A stretch of 32,826 bases of DNA, from positions 1 through 32,826 of the forward strand of contig JBDMZA010000014.1 in the NCBI GenBank assembly GCA_039770155.1. The letters are read 5' to 3'. Shown here piece after piece: positions 16,504 through 24,914 of the stretch. The notes under the pieces were generated by a model. That model saw nothing but the letters and a program-made list of their open reading frames with translations, did no database searches and was not told the DNA's origin. A program made the translations under genes and the position numbers. The stretch's first letter is position 1. Every line of letters starts with the position of its first letter. The stretch is from Clostridiales bacterium. Its GTDB lineage: Bacteria; Bacillota; Clostridia; Acetivibrionales; JBDMZA01.

Positions 16504-17886
16504 AAATTCATGGATGGCTTCATGTAATATTTCTGAAACTGTGGGATGAGGAAAAACAATTTCCTTTATATCTTCAGTTCTTAACTCCATTTCAAGCATT
16601 AATCCTGCACCATATATCATTTCAGAAACATAACTTCCCATCATATGGACACCAATTAATTTATTATATTTTTTATCCACAATTAGTTTTGCAATTCCGT
16701 CTCTTTCTTCATTTTCAGCTATATATCTTCCACTATACATCATTGGAAGTGTAACTTTTTTATATTCTATACCTTTTTTAATTGCCTCATTTTCAGTTAA
16801 TCCAACTACTGCAATTTCAGGATTTCCATATATGACTGATGGAATATTTTCATATCTTACTAAATCTTTTTTACCTGATATATTATTTATACAAACTTCA
16901 GCTTCTCTATATGCAGTATGTGCAAGCATTGACTTTCCATTGACATCACCAATAGCATAAACTCTAGGAATATTTGTATTTAACCTATTATCTGTTTTTA
17001 TATAATTTTTTTCTACTTCAATATTTAAATTTTCAAGACCCAAGTCTTCTATATTTGGTTTTCTTCCTATACTGAGTAAAACTTTATCTGATTCCAACTC
17101 AAAAATTTCATTTTTATTTTCATATATTATAGAATTTGTATTTAGTTTTGTAACTTTTGATCCTAGTTTAAATTCTATTCCCTTTTTCTTATAACTTTTA
17201 AGTAAATTTTCTGAAATCTCGCTATCTAAGCTTCCTCCCACATTATCTAACATCTCAACTACCACAACTTTGCAACCAACAGTACTAAAATACGAAGCCA
17301 TTTCCAAACCAATAACTCCACCACCAATAATAGTAATACTTTTAGGAATATAGTCTAAATCTAATATTTCTTTATTTGTCATTACATATCCAGATTTCAA
17401 GCCTTCTTTTAATCCCTCAATTGGTGGAACTATAGGTATTGAACCTGTTGCAATTATAAGATAATTACATGTAAAAACTTTTTTATCTCCATTAGTAATA
17501 GCTTCTACTAAATATCCTTCTTTTTTATTTCCTGAGATTTTTCCATTAGCCTCTATTACATCAACATTATTGTTTTTAAGTTTACTTTTAACTCCCATGA
17601 CTAATCTTTTGACTACTTTGTTTTTTCTTTTCAAAACAATTTTTTGATCATATTTTACGTTATCAGTGTAGACACCATATTTATTTCCTTGCTTTATGTT
17701 TTCATAAATTTTAGCTGAATACAAAAAGGTTTTAGATGGTATACATCCTTCATTTAAGCATACTCCACCAATATTTGTTTTTTCTATTAATAATGTTTTA
17801 AGTCCCTTGCCACCACTTCTTTCAGCAGCTAAATAACCTCCAGGACCTCCTCCTATAACTATTACATCATATTTCACTCTATCCAT
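16501..17886 (-). CDS. lpdA: Dihydrolipoyl dehydrogenase (E3)
   Basis: 461 aa with the GGGPGGY FAD motif, the redox-active GGVCLNEGCIPSK motif and a C-terminal HPTVSE dimerisation motif. Confidence 0.92.
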   Translation of the reverse strand: MDRVKYDVIVIGGGPGGYLAAERSGGKGLKTLLIEKTNIGGVCLNEGCIPSKTFLYSAKIYENIKQGNKYGVYTDNVKYDQKIVLKRKNKVVKRLVMGVKSKLKNNNVDVIEANGKISGNKKEGYLVEAITNGDKKVFTCNYLIIATGSIPIVPPIEGLKEGLKSGYVMTNKEILDLDYIPKSITIIGGGVIGLEMASYFSTVGCKVVVVEMLDNVGGSLDSEISENLLKSYKKKGIEFKLGSKVTKLNTNSIIYENKNEIFELESDKVLLSIGRKPNIEDLGLENLNIEVEKNYIKTDNRLNTNIPRVYAIGDVNGKSMLAHTAYREAEVCINNISGKKDLVRYENIPSVIYGNPEIAVVGLTENEAIKKGIEYKKVTLPMMYSGRYIAENEERDGIAKLIVDKKYNKLIGVHMMGSYVSEMIYGAGLMLEMELRTEDIKEIVFPHPTVSEILHEAIHEF

Positions 17887-17890
17887 CTCC

Positions 17891-18010
17891 TAAAGGATAT
17901 CCAAAAAATAAATTGTCATTCTTTAGTAATAAATCACATAACTAATCAATACACATAAGTTTTAATAATTCTGCAATAAAAAGAATGCTCTATTATTTTT
18001 TAGTTTCTCC
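17891..18010 (+). repeat. Family B variant filling the E2-E3 intercistronic spacer
   Basis: TAAAGGATATCCAAAAAATAAATTGTCATTCTTT ... AAAGAATGCTCTATTATTTTTTAGTTTCTCC. It has canonical B termini and complementary arms but a different ~50-nt interior. Confidence 0.75.
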
Positions 18011-18015
18011 AAATT

Positions 18016-19389
18016 TTAGTTTTTTAATAATAAAAGTTGAAAATTTTCTAAATTTGTTTTAAGATCATTTAAAAATCTTGCAGCAGGTGCCCCATCTATA
18101 GCTTGATGATCAAATGTTAAAGATAATCCTATTGAAGAATATAATACTAATTTATTGTTTTCCTCTTTTGGTTTCTTGACTATACTACCAACTCCTAAAA
18201 TAGCAACCTGTGGTGGATTTATTACAGGTGTAAAGTTTTCTATATTATAAATACCAAGGTTTGTAATAGTAAATGTACCACCTTTTAAAACATCTGGATT
18301 TATTGTCCCCTCTTTACACTTCAAAGCTAATTCTTTTATTTCTTTTGAAATTTGATTTAATGATTTTTTATTTGAATTAACTATTGTAGGTACCATAAGT
18401 CCCCTTTCAGTATCAATTGCAACTCCCATATTAACACTGTTGTATAAATGTAATTCATCACCTTTTAAATGAGCATTTAATCTTTTATGTTTTGTTAATG
18501 TTTTAATTAAAGCAAATATAATCATATCATTTAATGTTATATTCTCAATCCCCAACCCACTATCCTTAGTATTTTCTAAATCACCTTTTACTTTATTTCT
18601 TAAATTCATTATTTCTGTAGCATCAAAGGAAGTATTTAATGTTAGTTGAGCCATATTTGATAATGAGTTTGACATAGTTTTTGCAATTACTTTTCTTATG
18701 TTTGAAAACTTTTCAATCTCATAATCATTATTACTTTCAATATTTACACTAGACTTTTCTTCTTTTGCATTTTCAATGTCATAGGTAGCTATTCTTCCAC
18801 CTATAGCTGTACCTTCACTATCAGTATAGCTTTTATGTGAATCTATTAAATCTCTTGATGTTTTTGTATATAATCTTCCACTTTCAATACTTTTTATTAT
18901 ATCATTTTCTATTATTCTTCCATTTGCACCTGTCCCAATTATATTGCTAAAATCAATATTTACTTTCCTTGAATATTTTTTTGCTCTCGGAGAAATAAAA
19001 ATCTTTCCAATATCTGTTTTACTAATTTCCACTTCTTTTTCTACTTCTACGATTTTATTATCATTCTCTTCTATTTTTTTATTAGCACTTTCTGTTAATA
19101 CTTCTTTTGAAACTTCATTTTTTCTCGGGTCAAATTCAGATGTACTTTCTCCTTCTTGTCCAATAACACAAACATTTATGAGGCAATCTACATCGTCACC
19201 TTCGTCAAAAAAGATATCCAATACTATACCATCTAATGTAGATTCTTCTTCAAAACCTGCTTTATCTGTTTCATAGGAAAAAATCACTTCTCCTTTTTTT
19301 ATTGTATCACCCTTTTTCTTATGCCACTTTGAAATAATACAACTTTCTACAGATTGTCCTTGTCTCGGCATTATAACTGGCACTGCCAT
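18016..19389 (-). CDS. Dihydrolipoamide acyltransferase (E2)
   Basis: It has one lipoyl domain (ETDKA), a peripheral subunit-binding domain (ISPRAKKYSRKVNIDFSNIIGTGANGRI) and a catalytic domain with DHQAIDG. Confidence 0.9.
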   Translation of the reverse strand: MAVPVIMPRQGQSVESCIISKWHKKKGDTIKKGEVIFSYETDKAGFEEESTLDGIVLDIFFDEGDDVDCLINVCVIGQEGESTSEFDPRKNEVSKEVLTESANKKIEENDNKIVEVEKEVEISKTDIGKIFISPRAKKYSRKVNIDFSNIIGTGANGRIIENDIIKSIESGRLYTKTSRDLIDSHKSYTDSEGTAIGGRIATYDIENAKEEKSSVNIESNNDYEIEKFSNIRKVIAKTMSNSLSNMAQLTLNTSFDATEIMNLRNKVKGDLENTKDSGLGIENITLNDMIIFALIKTLTKHKRLNAHLKGDELHLYNSVNMGVAIDTERGLMVPTIVNSNKKSLNQISKEIKELALKCKEGTINPDVLKGGTFTITNLGIYNIENFTPVINPPQVAILGVGSIVKKPKEENNKLVLYSSIGLSLTFDHQAIDGAPAARFLNDLKTNLENFQLLLLKN

Positions 19390-19428
19390 AACTACAACTC
19401 CTTAAATTAAAATTTTATACTAATTATT

Positions 19429-19533
19429 TTAGGTATAATCAAAAATTTTATAAGACAATTTTTTTCTGAAAATATCGATGGTTTAACAAATTTTCAAAAA
19501 AAGTTGACTAGTTTATTTTTTGATCCTGCCTTA
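19429..19533 (+). repeat. Family A element, full length, between lipA and E2
   Basis: It is near-identical to 5211-5316. Its terminal TTA (19531-19533) is the lipA stop codon. Confidence 0.92.
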
Positions 19534-20373
19534 TCCCTTATATTGATCTGCTAAATATGAACTTCTAGCAAAAGGTTCTGATATAACATATTTAAATCCT
19601 AATCCATAAGCAATTTCTTTATATTCATCAAATACATCAGGATGAACATATTCTCTTACAGGAAAATTACTCTTATTCGGTGCTAAATACTGTCCTATTG
19701 TCATAAAATCACATTTCATATTTGATATATCTTTTAAAACACCAATAATTTCTTTTTTTGTTTCACCAAGTCCCAACATAATTCCTGATTTAGTTTTTAC
19801 ATTTCTATTAAATTCCTTTGATTTTTTTAATATATTCAACGATTGTAAATAATTTGAATCTGGTCTGATTTTTTCATATAAAGAAGATACAGTTTCTATA
19901 TTATGAGCCAAAATATCAGGTTCTGCTTTTAAAACAATTTCTAATGATTCCATACTTCCTTTAAAGTCAGGAATTAAAACCTCAATTGTAATATTTTCAT
20001 CTTTTTTTCTAATCTCTTCAATAACTTTTTTAAAATGACCTGCGCCTCCATCGATTAAATCATCTCTAGTAACAGATGTTATTACAATATGTTTTAATCC
20101 TATTTCTTTTACTAAAGAGGCTAATCTATAAGGTTCATCTTTATCTATATTTTCCGGAGTATTATTATATACATTACAAAAAGTACAATTTCTGGTGCAA
20201 TTTTTACCCATAATAATAAATGCTGCTGTTTTTTTTCCATAGCACTTTGCCATATTTGGGCAAGCAGCTTCATTACAAACTGTATTTATACTGTATTCTT
20301 CTAAAACTCTAAATATATAATCTCTGTCATAATCTGATTCAACTCTAATTTTTAACCAGTCAGGTCTTTTCAT
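19531..20373 (-). CDS. lipA: Lipoyl synthase
   Basis: It has a radical-SAM CTRNCTFC motif plus the N-terminal auxiliary cluster motif CNEAACPNMAKC. 280 aa. Confidence 0.93.
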   Translation of the reverse strand: MKRPDWLKIRVESDYDRDYIFRVLEEYSINTVCNEAACPNMAKCYGKKTAAFIIMGKNCTRNCTFCNVYNNTPENIDKDEPYRLASLVKEIGLKHIVITSVTRDDLIDGGAGHFKKVIEEIRKKDENITIEVLIPDFKGSMESLEIVLKAEPDILAHNIETVSSLYEKIRPDSNYLQSLNILKKSKEFNRNVKTKSGIMLGLGETKKEIIGVLKDISNMKCDFMTIGQYLAPNKSNFPVREYVHPDVFDEYKEIAYGLGFKYVISEPFARSSYLADQYKG

Positions 20374-20382
20374 ATATACTCC

Positions 20383-21018
20383 TTAAAAAATATCTTTTAC
20401 TTCTTTTACTATTTCCATTTTAATAAATTCAAAATCAGTTCTTTTCAGTATAATATTTTCAAGAGATGTAACTCCTCTATCTTCAATTCCACAAGGAACA
20501 ATCCACTTAAAATGATCTAAATTTGTATTTATATTAAATGCAAATCCATGCATAGTTATATATTTTCTAATTTGAACACCAATTGCAGTAATTTTTTTAT
20601 TATCAACCCATATTCCTGTATATTTACCATCTTCTCTAACTGCATTAATATTAAATAGTTTTTTTAAAATTCTTATAAAAATTTCTTCTATATTGAAAAT
20701 AAATCTCTTAACATCCCTGTTATAATCTTTTAAATCAAATATGAAATATCCTACCAATTGACCAGGCCCATGATATGTAACATCCCCGCCTCTTTTTATA
20801 TCATATATTTTAATATTGTGTTTTTCTAAATAATTTCTATCTAAAAGTATATTTGTTTTTTTACCTCTAATTCCAACTGTAATTACAGGGGGATGTTCTA
20901 CAAATAATATAGTGTTTTTTATTTTTCCTAAACTTCTTTCTGTAAATAATTTTTCCTGTATATCTAATGCTTCTTGATAGTCTTTATATCCTAAATCAAT
21001 TATATCTACTTTTGACAT
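20383..21018 (-). CDS. lipB: Octanoyltransferase (lipoyl(octanoyl) transferase)
   Basis: 211 aa with the KRGGDVTYHGPGQLVGY motif. Confidence 0.9.
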   Translation of the reverse strand: MSKVDIIDLGYKDYQEALDIQEKLFTERSLGKIKNTILFVEHPPVITVGIRGKKTNILLDRNYLEKHNIKIYDIKRGGDVTYHGPGQLVGYFIFDLKDYNRDVKRFIFNIEEIFIRILKKLFNINAVREDGKYTGIWVDNKKITAIGVQIRKYITMHGFAFNINTNLDHFKWIVPCGIEDRGVTSLENIILKRTDFEFIKMEIVKEVKDIF

Positions 21019-21030
21019 ATTATCATCCTA

Positions 21031-21092
21031 TGGAAAGCCCAAAAAATAATATCACATTTTTAAAATGTAGATTTATTTTTTTGAATATCCCT
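21031..21092 (-). repeat. Family B short form (B2 subfamily)
   Basis: TGGAAAGCCCAAAAAATAATATCACATTTTTAAAATGTAGATTTATTTTTTTGAATATCCCT. It shares AAAAAATAATATCACATTTT with 25261 and with 29332 (reverse complement). Confidence 0.75.
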
Positions 21093-21095
21093 ATA

Positions 21096-22355
21096 TTATA
21101 TTTTTTCTCCATTTTCAAGTAAGTAATCTTCAGCTTCTTTTGACCACAAACCCTTATTTTTATCAACTATTTTAGAAAGTTCCCTGTATAGTTTTTCTTC
21201 TTTTAATTTTAACTCATCAATTGGTACTAAAGGCATTTTTATGTTTGTATATATAAGTTTTTTGCCTCCAGGTATCTTTGGCAAATTCAATACAGAATCT
21301 TTTACAGAATCAAGTCCTCCAATATGTGTAACCATAGAAGCAGGATCAATTAGTCCCTTTGTCATCATATCTATTGATTCTATCATATCATCAGTATTAC
21401 CGCCACTTGTACCCACTATATGCGTTGCATTATAATGAACATTATAAAAATTTAGTAAGGCTTTAAAATCCTGTTTGCTTGGTCCTGAAAAGAAATTCAA
21501 ACAACCATCTCTTGCTAAAAGACTATCTCCAAGCTCCACTAATGGTGCAACAGGTGCAAATACCATTACATCATCATATCCTCTGTTATTTGTATAAGAC
21601 ATAAGTTCTTTTAAAACATCCTTAGATTTTGATGTATCTAAATAAACCAATTCCACACCATTTTCTAATGCTTCCTCTACTGTATAAATAGTTTGAGCTC
21701 TTTTTAATCTTTCTTTATCAATATCTGTAACTATTAATTTCTTGGGTTTTCTATCACAATGTATTGCATAATCTACTGCACCTAATCCCATAGGTCCTGC
21801 TCCTGCTAAAATCAACATATTTCCATTTTCTACTATACCCATTTCATGTTTGTAACTTCCCTGTTTTGTATGATAACTTGCATGAAATGCTCCAACAATA
21901 CATGACATAGGTTCAGCTAAAGAACCATAAAAATATGAATCCTTATCATATGGAAGAAGACAATTCAAATCCATTACAATATTTGGTATAATTATGTAAG
22001 TTGCACTTCCGCCAATATATTCAAATGTATAACCAGGAGCTGCATATGGATCATCTTCTTGATTTAATGCAGGTTGAATTGAGAATTTACTTCCCTTTGG
22101 AAATTTATGCTTCCATTTCTGACCAGCTTCAACAATTTCACCACAAAATTCATGTCCTACAATTATAGGCTTCTCACTAATATTATTGGGAACTCTCTTG
22201 TGATCTTCACCTTGAATTGCAGCTTTATATGAAGACATACAAATACTATCTGATATTATCCTTGCTAAAATTTCATCCTCTTTTATTTCTGGCAATGTAA
22301 ATTCTTCTAACCTTAAATCATTTTTTCCATATAATCTTACAGCTTTTGTTTTCAA
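21096..22355 (-). CDS. Long-form zinc-dependent medium-chain dehydrogenase, L-sorbose-1-phosphate reductase (SorE)-like
   Basis: 419 aa with the GHEFCGEIVEAG zinc motif and a GAGPMGLG Rossmann motif. The ~60-aa C-terminal extension and overall length resemble SorE-type enzymes; that assignment is from memory and is not verified. TTG start after AGGAGGAG. It overlaps the upstream stop by 4 nt. Confidence 0.65.
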   Translation of the reverse strand: MKTKAVRLYGKNDLRLEEFTLPEIKEDEILARIISDSICMSSYKAAIQGEDHKRVPNNISEKPIIVGHEFCGEIVEAGQKWKHKFPKGSKFSIQPALNQEDDPYAAPGYTFEYIGGSATYIIIPNIVMDLNCLLPYDKDSYFYGSLAEPMSCIVGAFHASYHTKQGSYKHEMGIVENGNMLILAGAGPMGLGAVDYAIHCDRKPKKLIVTDIDKERLKRAQTIYTVEEALENGVELVYLDTSKSKDVLKELMSYTNNRGYDDVMVFAPVAPLVELGDSLLARDGCLNFFSGPSKQDFKALLNFYNVHYNATHIVGTSGGNTDDMIESIDMMTKGLIDPASMVTHIGGLDSVKDSVLNLPKIPGGKKLIYTNIKMPLVPIDELKLKEEKLYRELSKIVDKNKGLWSKEAEDYLLENGEKI

Positions 22356-23677
22356 TCTTTTACTCCTCCTATTTCTTTACCAATTTTTGCAAAAAACTCA
22401 ACTCGTTCATTAATATTAGGATATTTATTCTTTATCAAATCAGAAAACATACCTCTATCTAATGATTTATTTGCTTCATATTCGTGTCCTATTAATGCCC
22501 ATGTAGATTCTATCAAGTTAAAAAACTCAGGTCTTTCAAGTTCCTTACATATAAATGATTGCCTTGGAGAATTTATATCCTCACCACTTATTTGAAAAAG
22601 ATTATACCTATTGGCTAAATGTCTTATTCTGTTAAGTTGCTCCAAAGTATTTCTTGATGGCATATAAGTAATAGCATCAAAGCCAAGATTTTTTAATTCT
22701 TCAAAAAGCAGTTCTAAATAATCATCCTCGAACTTTTGGCTCTTTTTATCCCCTGTAACAGAATCATTTACATCACCCAAATATGCATAGGCTATGATTC
22801 CACCAATTTTCTTATTAAAAGAGATAACATCTTTTATATTTGGACATTCTTCCTTTGCATCTATATAAAATTTTTCTAATAATTCACTCTTTAAAAGACC
22901 TAATATATCATATTTATAGTTTTTGTTACTATTGTCTAAAATATATTTTTTAACTTTCGGGCTGATTTCAATCCCAAAATCATTTTTTAAAAAGTTTATT
23001 AAAGTTACTCCTCTACCATAATTTTTTACCAAACTTTCAACCAAACCGTACAATATATGTCTTTCTGTTACTGTTCCTTTTTCATAATAATTTGACACAG
23101 ATAAAATATCTTTATCAAAATCTAATTTAATACTAAAATCTTTTAATAGTGTATTAATATTGTCTACCATTTCTCTATTTCTTTGATTTCTTATTTTTCT
23201 ATATTTTTCAAAGTATTCATCCACTAAAACTATTTTACTTTCAGGTATACCATGTATAGCAATATAAGCTATAGAATTCTGATCAGGATGATTTATTTTC
23301 CTGTTATTTAATTTTGTATCACTAAAATCTGCTCTAAATTCCATTCCTGTGGTTGTTGCAATCCCTGTAATTTTCCCTGCTTGTTTAAACTCCAAACCAC
23401 CCATTACAGATTCATGATCCATTATACCTGCTGTTGTAAGTCCTGTGTTATAAGCCATCCAAATTGCTTTTGTAGGAGAATATGGTGAGAAAGAATATTT
23501 AGTATGAATATGATTGTTAACTAAAAAATATTTCTTTTTTTCATTATACAAACTTATCAAATCATCATTTCTAAGTAGTAACTTTAATGAATTTAATCTT
23601 ACTTCTTTTTCTCTATAATTAAGATTTTCTATATTTTCAATTTCCAATTCACTAAGATTAATTTTATTTTTAATCAT
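22352..23677 (-). CDS. PHP-domain metal-dependent phosphoesterase
   Basis: 441 aa with the N-terminal PHP signature NNHIHTKYSFSPYSP ... GIMDHES. AAGGTG RBS. Confidence 0.7.
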   Translation of the reverse strand: MIKNKINLSELEIENIENLNYREKEVRLNSLKLLLRNDDLISLYNEKKKYFLVNNHIHTKYSFSPYSPTKAIWMAYNTGLTTAGIMDHESVMGGLEFKQAGKITGIATTTGMEFRADFSDTKLNNRKINHPDQNSIAYIAIHGIPESKIVLVDEYFEKYRKIRNQRNREMVDNINTLLKDFSIKLDFDKDILSVSNYYEKGTVTERHILYGLVESLVKNYGRGVTLINFLKNDFGIEISPKVKKYILDNSNKNYKYDILGLLKSELLEKFYIDAKEECPNIKDVISFNKKIGGIIAYAYLGDVNDSVTGDKKSQKFEDDYLELLFEELKNLGFDAITYMPSRNTLEQLNRIRHLANRYNLFQISGEDINSPRQSFICKELERPEFFNLIESTWALIGHEYEANKSLDRGMFSDLIKNKYPNINERVEFFAKIGKEIGGVKD

Positions 23678-23718
23678 AAAACACCTTCACTTGTTAATTT
23701 TTATTTTTTTTAGTACCA

Positions 23719-23822
23719 TTAAGTGATATCCAAAAAATAAACTCTAATTCTCGAGTATGAATTCACATGATTTAAGCGAACTTCAGACGAAAAGAATTTG
23801 GTATTATTTTTTAGGTTGTCCT
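23719..23822 (+). repeat. Family B (B1) element, full length
   Basis: It is near-identical to 11199-11299. Differences are concentrated in the apical loop (ACATGA versus GCGCGA). Confidence 0.92.
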
Positions 23823-23869
23823 AAGGCAGAATCAAAAAATTATCTTATGAAATTTTTGATTCTGACTAA
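23822..23869 (-). repeat. Family A short (type i) element abutting family B
   Basis: TAAGGCAGAATCAAAAAATTATCTTATGAAATTTTTGATTCTGACTAA. It shares its first bases with the end of the B copy. Its far terminus contains the SDR stop codon (CTA at 23866-23868). Confidence 0.85.
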
Positions 23870-24645
23870 TACATTATTTGTCCACCTGTAACATTTACAG
23901 CTTGACCTGTCATATAACTTGCTTGATCAGATACTAAAAAAGCCATAACATTTGCTACATCATCATATGTACAGCCTCTCTTTAATGGAACTTGATCGAC
24001 ATATTTTTGTCTTACTTCTTCTTTTGTTATACCTTGATTCTTAGAATATTGCTCATAGAGACTATCAACCCAAAGAGGTGAATCTAAAAGATTTCCTGGA
24101 CAAATTGCATTTACTCTCACATTATGTTCTGCAAATTCTAAAGCAAGACTTTGTGTAAGTCCTATTCCTCCAAACTTTGCAGCTGCATATGCTGAATTTT
24201 TATATGAACCTTTTTTCCCTGATTTACTGTTAATTTGAATAATATTTCCTTTTTTATTTTTGAACATTATCTTTGAAACTGCTTTTGAACATAAAAAATA
24301 TCCCATAAGACTTACATCTATAACTTTTTTCCATTGTTCTTCTGGAAATTCATCAATTGGTTTTGCAATTAATATTGCAGCATTTGAAATTAATATATCT
24401 ATTGTATTGTACTTTTCTATAGTTTTTCTTACCATTTCATTAACATCATTACTATTTGTAACATCAACTTTAACAGCTATTGCATCATTAAATTCACTTG
24501 CTACTTTTTGAGCCAGTGTATAATTTATATCTGCTACAACTACTTTACATCCTTCTTTATTTAATCTCTTAGCTAGATATTCACCGAGTCCCTGTGCTCC
24601 ACCTGTCACAATTGCTACTTTTTCATTTAAAGATTTTTGATACAT
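23866..24645 (-). CDS. Short-chain dehydrogenase, sorbitol-6-phosphate 2-dehydrogenase (SrlD/SorD)-like
   Basis: 259 aa with TGGAQGLG. A long stretch (IIQINSKSGKKGSYKNSAYAAAKFGGIGLTQSLALEFAEH ... VPLKRGC ... VNVTGGQIMY) closely parallels E. coli SrlD as I recall it. AAGGAG RBS. Confidence 0.8.
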   Translation of the reverse strand: MYQKSLNEKVAIVTGGAQGLGEYLAKRLNKEGCKVVVADINYTLAQKVASEFNDAIAVKVDVTNSNDVNEMVRKTIEKYNTIDILISNAAILIAKPIDEFPEEQWKKVIDVSLMGYFLCSKAVSKIMFKNKKGNIIQINSKSGKKGSYKNSAYAAAKFGGIGLTQSLALEFAEHNVRVNAICPGNLLDSPLWVDSLYEQYSKNQGITKEEVRQKYVDQVPLKRGCTYDDVANVMAFLVSDQASYMTGQAVNVTGGQIMY

Positions 24646-24712
24646 ACTGGTCTCCTTTTTAATAATATAAATATATTTAATTTTGAAATATACTATAATC
24701 TCTATTTATTTT

Positions 24713-24741
24713 ATTATATAATCAATGTTGATATATGTCTA
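24713..24741 (-). promoter_or_regulatory. Candidate promoter of the SDR/PHP/dehydrogenase genes
   Basis: On the minus strand: TAGACA (24741-24736), a 17-nt spacer, then TATAAT (24718-24713). Confidence 0.4.
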
Positions 24742-24775
24742 TATATATTTATTTGTTTTGATTTATTATGTATAT

Positions 24776-24804
24776 TTGTTGTTTTTTATTTTTTACTATA
24801 TAAT
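24776..24804 (+). promoter_or_regulatory. Candidate rhaM promoter
   Basis: TTGTTG (24776-24781), a 17-nt spacer, then TATAAT (24799-24804). Confidence 0.45.
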
Positions 24805-24824
24805 GTTAATATATCAAACTCAAA

Positions 24825-24900
24825 TAAGACGGAATCAAAAAATAAACTAGTCAACACCTATTCATTTTCGAGAATGTGGATTTATTTTTTGGATATCCCA
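24825..24900 (-). repeat. Chimeric element: family A terminus and arm fused to a family B arm and terminus
   Basis: TAAGACGGAATCAAAAAATAAACTAGTCAAC is the A part. It is followed by ACCTATTCATTTTCGAGAATGTGGATTTATTTTTTGGATATCCC, which is a B1 arm and terminus. Confidence 0.8.
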
Positions 24901-24914
24901 TAGGAGGAATAGAG

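Noticed and set aside
24637-24903. An 88-aa ORF in the divergent promoter region between the SDR gene and rhaM.
   Set aside because: It lies in extremely AT-rich spacer DNA containing the candidate promoters and a repeat element. The translation is low-complexity (Phe/Ile/Tyr/Asn runs), there is no RBS, and it overlaps the start of the SDR gene.
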